The translations under genes were made by a program, and so were the position numbers. A stretch of DNA of 64,000 nucleotides from an uncultured Erysipelotrichaceae bacterium (GTDB lineage: Bacteria > Bacillota_I > Bacilli_A > RFN20 > CAG-826): positions 12,245 to 76,244 of the forward strand of contig ONGB01000003.1 of assembly GCA_900317295.1 (NCBI GenBank). The letters run 5' to 3'. Shown one piece after another: positions 58,887 to 64,000 of the stretch (positions are counted from its first letter, which is position 1; each line of letters starts with the position of its first letter). The notes beneath the pieces were generated by a model. The model saw nothing but the letters and a program-made list of their open reading frames with translations. It was not told the origin of the DNA and made no database searches.

Positions 58887-59793
58887 ATTTCGAATTCAGG
58901 TAATTGGCCGCGCTCATCGCCGCGATCGCCCCATCGCTGGTGGCGGTGATGACCTGGCGGATTTTCTTCACGCGGCAATCACCCGCGGCGTAGATCCCAG
59001 GGGTCTTCGTCGCCATGCCTTCGTCAACGACGATGAAGCCTTTATCTAGATCCACCCAGGAGGCGAAACGATCGTTATCGGGGATCTGGCCGATCGCGAT
59101 GAAGCAACCGTCGCAGGGGAAGGTCTTAAGTTCCCCGGTCTTCTTGTCTTTGAAGGTGACCCCGACGAGCTCTTCTTCGCCTTCGAACCGCACGGCTTCA
59201 TACTCATGGACGAAGTCGATGTTTTGGATTTGATTCATCCGTTTGATGAGGATGTCATCGGCGAAGAATTTGTCGAAAAGAGTGACCACCTGCACGTGTT
59301 TTGAGGTCTCCGAGAGCATGATCGCATATTGAAGGGCGGTGTTCGCGTCCCCGATGAGGAGGACGTCTTTCCCCGTGTAGAAAGCCCCATCGCAGACGGC
59401 GCAGTAGGAGATGCCTTTCCCGGTGAGTTCCTCTTCGCGGTCCAGCCCGAGTTTGCGGTGCTTGCATCCGGTAGCGATGATGATGGTCTTGCTCTCTTTC
59501 TCGCCATAATCGGTGATGACCTTGAAGCCTTCTTCGGTCTTCGTAACGCTTTGGACATCACAGACATCGAATTCCACCCCTAGCGCGCTGATCTGCTCAA
59601 AAAGATGATCGGAGAAATCTAGCCCCGAGATCGAGGCGACGGAGGGGAAGTTCTCTAGGCGCGGGCTTTCGGCGATTTGCCCGCCGAAGGCTTCGCGTTC
59701 GAGGATGAGGACGCTTTTGCCGGCGCGCAATAGATATAAGGCCGCGGTCATTCCCGCGGGGCCGCCGCCGATGACGATGCTATCGTAGATCAT
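58885..59793 (-). CDS. trxB: thioredoxin-disulfide reductase
   Basis: 302 aa; FAD GGGPAG motif, redox-active CAVC, NADPH-binding GGGDSA-like motif. Confidence 0.85.
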   Translation of the reverse strand: MIYDSIVIGGGPAGMTAALYLLRAGKSVLILEREAFGGQIAESPRLENFPSVASISGLDFSDHLFEQISALGVEFDVCDVQSVTKTEEGFKVITDYGEKESKTIIIATGCKHRKLGLDREEELTGKGISYCAVCDGAFYTGKDVLLIGDANTALQYAIMLSETSKHVQVVTLFDKFFADDILIKRMNQIQNIDFVHEYEAVRFEGEEELVGVTFKDKKTGELKTFPCDGCFIAIGQIPDNDRFASWVDLDKGFIVVDEGMATKTPGIYAAGDCRVKKIRQVITATSDGAIAAMSAANYLNSK

Positions 59794-59862
59794 GGTTGTC
59801 GTTCCTTTCTTAGTGAGAAGAAAGCCCTCTCCGTTTCGGGAAAGGGCTTGAGGTTTCTGGGC

Positions 59863-62244
59863 TTACGCCTTCTTCGATTCGATGAAGCCCTTGATGTTGC
59901 TGGCGTTCTCGTAGATCTTGTAGCCCTCTCCGTCAGGAGCGACGAGGGTCGGGGCTTGCTTGATTCCGAAGGAGTTCGTCAAATCGCGGTTGGTGGCCGC
60001 GTCGATGTTCTGATAGGCGATGCCGGCTTTGTCGAGGAGCATCTTCGCCATCTTGCAGTTCGGGCAGGTCGGGGAGGTGAAGAGCATCACTTCGGTGACC
60101 TTCGGCGCTTCCTTGTTCACGTGGTCATGACCGCATGCGCAGGAGGCTCCGTCATGGGCGTGGGGCATCTGGGAGTCGCGGATTTCGTAGGTTTTGCGCA
60201 TCTTGAACTCCTGGACTTTGCCCGCGTTCCAGTTCTTGACCGGGCGGTAGTAGCCGGTGATGCGGGAGTAGACCTCAGCCTCTTTGCCGCAGATCGGGCA
60301 CTTCCATTGCTCGCCGCTGAGATAGCCATGGTCGGCGCAGACCGAGTAGGTCGGGGACATGGTGTAGTAGGGGAGCTTGTAGTTCTCCGCGATCTTGCGG
60401 ACGAGCTTCATGCAGGATTCCCAGTTCGGGAGGCGCTGGCCAAGGAAGGCATGGAAGACGGTGCCGGAGGTATAGAGGGTCTGGAAGCGGTCTTCGATGT
60501 CGAGGGCGTTGAAGATGTCATCCGTGAAGCCGACGGGGAGGTGGCTCGAATTGGTGTAATACGGGGTCTCGCCGTTTTTGGAGGCGGTGATGATGTCCGG
60601 GTAACGCTCCTTGTCGTGCTTGGCAAGACGGTAGGAGGTGGATTCCGCCGGGGTGGCCTCGAGGTTATAGAGGTCGCCATAACGCTCCTGGTAGTCGGAG
60701 AGTTTATTCCTCATGTGGTTGAGGACCTCTTCGGTGAATTCCTGGGCGGCCGGCTGAGTGAGGTCGGCGCGGATCCAACGGGCATTGAGGCAGGCTTCGT
60801 TCATCCCAACCAAACCGATGGTGGAGAAGTGGTTGTTGAAGGTGCCGAGGTAATGCTTGGTGTAGGGGTAGAGGCCAGCTTCCAAGAGCTTGGAGATGGT
60901 CTGCCTCTTAACGCGGAGCGAACGGGCGGAGATGTCCATCAAGCGATCGAGGCGGGCATAGAAGTCTTCTTTGTCGGTCGCGAGGTAGGCGATGCGCGGC
61001 ATGTTGATCGTGACGACGCCGACGGAGCCGGTGGATTCGCCAGAACCGAAGTAGCCGCCGCTCTTTTTGCGGAGCTCGCGGAGGTCGAGGCGGAGACGGC
61101 AGCACATCGAACGGACATCGCTAGGCTTCATGTCGGAGTTGATGTAGTTGGAGAAGTAGGGGGTGCCGAACTTCGCGGTCATCGTGAAGAGAAGCTTGTT
61201 GTTCTCGGTCGCGGACCAGTCGAAGTCGCGGGTGATGGAATAGGTCGGGATCGGGTATTGGAAGCCGCGGCCATTCGCGTCGCCTTCGATCATGACTTCG
61301 AGGAAGGCTTTGTTGACCATCGCCATTTCTTCTTTGCAATCGGCGTAGGTGAAGGGCATTTCCTTGCCGCCCACGATCGCGGGGAGGTTGGCCATGTCAT
61401 CGGGGACGGTCCAGTCGAGGGTGACGTTGGTAAACGGCGCCTGGGTGCCCCAGCGGGACGGGGTGTTGACTCCATAGATGAAGGACTGGATGCACTGCTT
61501 GACCTCTTTGTAGGAGAGGTTATCGACTTTGACGAACGGAGCGAGATAGGTATCAAAAGAAGAGAATGCCTGCGCGCCCGCCCACTCGTTCTGCATGATG
61601 CCGAGGAAGTTGACCATCTGGTTGCAGAGGGTCATCAAGTGGTTGGCGGGGGAGGAAGTGATCTTCCCGGGGACGCCGCCTAGGCCTTGCTGGATGAGCT
61701 GCTTCAGCGACCAACCGGCGCAATAGCCGGTGAGCATGGAGAGGTCATGGATATGGATGTCCGCGTTGCGGTGGGCGTCGCCGATCTCCTTGTCATAGAT
61801 CTCGGAGAGCCAGTAGTTCGCGGTGACGGCGCCGGAGTTGGAGAGGATGAGGCCGCCGACGGAATAGGTGACGGTGGAATTCTCTTTGACGCGCCAGTCG
61901 GAGATGCGGAGGTAGTTATCAACCACGTTCTTGAAGTCGAGATTGGTGTTCTTGACTTGGCGGAGCGCCGCATGCTTGGAACGATATTCCATGTAGGACT
62001 TGGCCACATCGACGTAGTTGGCCTGGATCAAGGCGATTTCGACAGCGTCCTGGATGTCTTCGACCGCGACTTTCTCATCCTTGATCTTGTTGTTGAAGAT
62101 CGAGGTCACGCGGAGGGCGAGGAGCTCGACGATGTCGGGGGTGCAATCCTTGTGTTCGGCGAGGAAAGCACGCTCGATGGCGCTTTCGATTTTCTTGAGG
62201 TCGAACGGCACGACGGTGTTGTCTCTTTTGATGACTTGAAGCAT
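59863..62244 (-). CDS. nrdD: anaerobic ribonucleoside-triphosphate reductase (class III) with C-terminal glutaredoxin/NrdH-like CxxC domain
   Basis: 793 aa; N-terminal ATP-cone, glycyl-radical motif RITGYY, Zn-ribbon CPICG; His/Cys-rich linker HAHDGASCACGHDH, then about 80-aa thioredoxin-fold domain MLFTSPTCPNCKMAKMLLDKAGIAYQNID...; AAGGAG RBS. Confidence 0.85.
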   Translation of the reverse strand: MLQVIKRDNTVVPFDLKKIESAIERAFLAEHKDCTPDIVELLALRVTSIFNNKIKDEKVAVEDIQDAVEIALIQANYVDVAKSYMEYRSKHAALRQVKNTNLDFKNVVDNYLRISDWRVKENSTVTYSVGGLILSNSGAVTANYWLSEIYDKEIGDAHRNADIHIHDLSMLTGYCAGWSLKQLIQQGLGGVPGKITSSPANHLMTLCNQMVNFLGIMQNEWAGAQAFSSFDTYLAPFVKVDNLSYKEVKQCIQSFIYGVNTPSRWGTQAPFTNVTLDWTVPDDMANLPAIVGGKEMPFTYADCKEEMAMVNKAFLEVMIEGDANGRGFQYPIPTYSITRDFDWSATENNKLLFTMTAKFGTPYFSNYINSDMKPSDVRSMCCRLRLDLRELRKKSGGYFGSGESTGSVGVVTINMPRIAYLATDKEDFYARLDRLMDISARSLRVKRQTISKLLEAGLYPYTKHYLGTFNNHFSTIGLVGMNEACLNARWIRADLTQPAAQEFTEEVLNHMRNKLSDYQERYGDLYNLEATPAESTSYRLAKHDKERYPDIITASKNGETPYYTNSSHLPVGFTDDIFNALDIEDRFQTLYTSGTVFHAFLGQRLPNWESCMKLVRKIAENYKLPYYTMSPTYSVCADHGYLSGEQWKCPICGKEAEVYSRITGYYRPVKNWNAGKVQEFKMRKTYEIRDSQMPHAHDGASCACGHDHVNKEAPKVTEVMLFTSPTCPNCKMAKMLLDKAGIAYQNIDAATNRDLTNSFGIKQAPTLVAPDGEGYKIYENASNIKGFIESKKA

Positions 62245-62869
62245 GGCTTGTCTCCTTGATGATGATTTTCCAAGAGGGGCTAAGAAAGGTCAGGACCCCT
62301 TTCCCTCTTATGTCAGGCAATAGCCCCCTTCGGGGCTGTGCTCGATAATTATGGTGAATGGAGAAGCAAAATCAAGGGCAATGCGCAGCCATGAAAAATG
62401 GGGTCGAAAAGTGCCCCTTGAAAATTCTTTTCCACATTTTTTCCACACGACATCGGAACATTTTGAAAACTCGTTTTGAAAAGGGGCGCGAAAAAGGCGA
62501 AAAAACAGCCTATTTTTTATATAAAAAATGTTGTCAGTGTCCAAACATTTCATAAAAAAACCTGGAACCATCGAAAGTTTTCGTTTTTGCACTTTTTGAC
62601 AGAGCCCTATACCAACAAACTACTAACTTGACGATCCGCGGAAAAAAGAGACCTCCTGGGAAACCCTAGGCTTTTCCACATTTTCGAACCGCCGATTTCT
62701 TAAATTGACGGAAAAACGGAACGCCGTTTTGCCCCTTTTTATCGACGGGTCGGCTTAAGGTGAAGAAAAAACCGTTTTCGGAAAAAATTTTCTTAACGAA
62801 ACTTAAACCCCCGTTTGCTTTATGCAAAATGGGTTTTATTATATTTGCCGTATCCTAAAGGAGTGTCTT

Positions 62870-63640
62870 ATGACAAAAGAAGAAAAGAAAGCCGCGAAGG
62901 CCCAAAGAAGGGCCGAGCGCAAAGAAAAAGGAAAAGGTCTCTGGGCCGAATTCAAGGAGTTCATTAACAAGGGCAACGCCTTCATGCTTGCCGTTGGCGT
63001 CGTCATCGGCGGCGCGTTCTCCGCGATCGTCAACGCGTTCGTCAACATCCTGACCTCGCTCGCCACCTGGCCGGTCCCTGGCGGACTTGCCGGTCTCGTG
63101 AGCCCGCTCCCCGCGATCACGGATGTCCAAAAAGGCCTTGGCGCTGGTGCCCATCTTGATATCGGCATCGGCCAGCAATTCGCCGCTGCTGACCTCCTCG
63201 ACAAAGCCGATGCCCTCGCCACCAAGCTTTATGGCGCTGGCTATAGCGATGTCCAGTTCGTCGACGCCAAAGGGATGTTGACCTCCAACTACACCCTCTA
63301 TGGCAAGGTCTACTACTACAACGCCACCGCCCTCATCAACTGGGGCACCCTCCTCAACGCCGTCATCGCCTTCGTCATCATCGCCGTCGTCCTCTTCATC
63401 ATCGTGAAGGTCGCCAACAGCGCCGCCGCGAAGAAGGCCCAGATGGAAGAAGAAGCCCTCGAGCGCTACTACCTCAAGCATCCGGAAGAAAGGCCGGCCC
63501 CCGAGGATCCCGCGAAGCCGAAGCCCACGACCGAAGAACTCTTGGCCTCCATCCTTGTCGAGCTTAAGAAAGCCAATGGCGAAGAAGCTCCCGAGCCCGA
63601 AGAGATCGTCGCTCCGGAAACCGAAGCCGCCGAGGAATAA
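62870..63640 (+). CDS. mscL: large-conductance mechanosensitive channel MscL homolog with expanded periplasmic loop and long acidic/Pro-rich C-tail
   Basis: Start at MTKEEKK (AGGAG 8 nt upstream); EFKEFINKGNAFMLAVGVVIGGAFSAIVNAFV matches the MscL TM1 signature; about 115 aa between TM1 and TM2 (usual about 30); 256 aa total. Confidence 0.7.
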   Translation: MTKEEKKAAKAQRRAERKEKGKGLWAEFKEFINKGNAFMLAVGVVIGGAFSAIVNAFVNILTSLATWPVPGGLAGLVSPLPAITDVQKGLGAGAHLDIGIGQQFAAADLLDKADALATKLYGAGYSDVQFVDAKGMLTSNYTLYGKVYYYNATALINWGTLLNAVIAFVIIAVVLFIIVKVANSAAAKKAQMEEEALERYYLKHPEERPAPEDPAKPKPTTEELLASILVELKKANGEEAPEPEEIVAPETEAAEE

Positions 63641-63658
63641 AACCTTAAACCAACAGAA

Positions 63659-63680
63659 GACCGCCCTTGTGGCGGTTTTC
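63659..63680 (+). terminator. intrinsic terminator of mscL (ACCGCC-CTTGT-GGCGGT + T-run), repeat-family member
   Basis: Preceded by AACCAACAGAAG like the other family members. Confidence 0.7.
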
Positions 63681-63705
63681 TTTCTGTTTCGTTGCCCTTA
63701 AACTT

Positions 63706-64000
63706 ATGGGCATGCGAAACGTGATGCTAGAAAAGATAGAGAATTTCCGCGATTTGGGCGGATATGCCTGCGATTATGGCGAGACCTCCTTCGGGGTCGT
63801 TTACCGTTCGGCGACCATCGCTTATGCCAGCGATGACGACAAAGCGAAAATCCGTTCCTTGGGCATCAAGACGATCATCGATCTCCGCGAAGAGAAAACC
63901 AAAGAGGCTTTGCCTTGCCCCTTCAAAGGCGAGGAGGGCATCACTTTATTGGAGCTTCCCGTTAATGGGAACGGGCGCATCGCCACGCATTACGAAGACT
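63706..64000 (+). CDS. tyrosine-phosphatase-family protein (Y_phosphatase3-like), 5' partial in window
   Basis: IENFRDLGGY motif characteristic of the PF13350-type phosphatase N-terminus; ORF continues past the window end. Confidence 0.55.
   Translation, partial: MGMRNVMLEKIENFRDLGGYACDYGETSFGVVYRSATIAYASDDDKAKIRSLGIKTIIDLREEKTKEALPCPFKGEEGITLLELPVNGNGRIATHYED

Noticed and set aside
62245-62600. Searched for NrdR boxes (acaCwAtATaTwGtgt pairs) upstream of nrdD
   Set aside because: No convincing match was found. The AT palindrome TTTTTTATATAAAAAA lacks the CAC/GTG arms, and no nrdR gene is in the window. NrdR regulation cannot be asserted.
1-64000. CRISPR arrays, tRNA/rRNA genes, transposases/integrases
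   Set aside because: No arrays of regular direct repeats with spacers were found, no cloverleaf-type tRNA sequences were noticed apart from the tRNA-like domain of tmRNA, and no IS or phage integrase ORFs were recognized.

Overview
This is a 64-kb chromosomal segment with Firmicutes-type (Bacillus-like) housekeeping synteny at roughly 55% GC. It contains two conserved blocks interrupted by accessory genes: tatD-rnmV-rsmA-ispE-(glmU-like) ... pth-mfd-S4-tilS-ftsH-dus, and rpsF-ssb-rpsR ... gdpP-rplI-dnaB-MBL-rlmH. About 55 CDS are supported, mostly on the + strand: ppdK, glyA, lysS, two MarR-linked ABC exporters, an ABC-2 transporter, LTA-synthase-family, DNA-repair and membrane proteins. RNA genes and signals include a clear tmRNA (ssrA) with its promoter and terminator, a family of at least five near-identical intrinsic terminators, and several sigma-A-like promoters. 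The most notable observations are listed below.
- A roughly 1.47-kb GC-rich, tetraloop-rich region (56104-57568) has a consensus promoter and an intrinsic terminator but no credible ORF. It is a candidate large structured ncRNA. It sits in a low-GC islet inserted beside tmRNA.
- That islet also carries a toxin-like plus DUF4926-like gene pair and a 390-aa orphan protein.
- The class III anaerobic RNR (NrdD) has a C-terminal glutaredoxin-like CxxC domain fused to it. A thioredoxin reductase lies immediately downstream, and nrdG is split off on the opposite strand.
- A Nif11/GG-leader RiPP-like precursor gene is disrupted by a frameshift and an in-frame stop. It has a 6-Cys core.
- The 5' leader of a cation:proton antiporter has a switch-like structure that sequesters the Shine-Dalgarno sequence.
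- The tmRNA tag reading frame predicts a non-canonical tag, (A)DNSVKPWMVRNNAVLARA.
No CRISPR arrays, rRNA, tRNA, transposases or integrases were seen.
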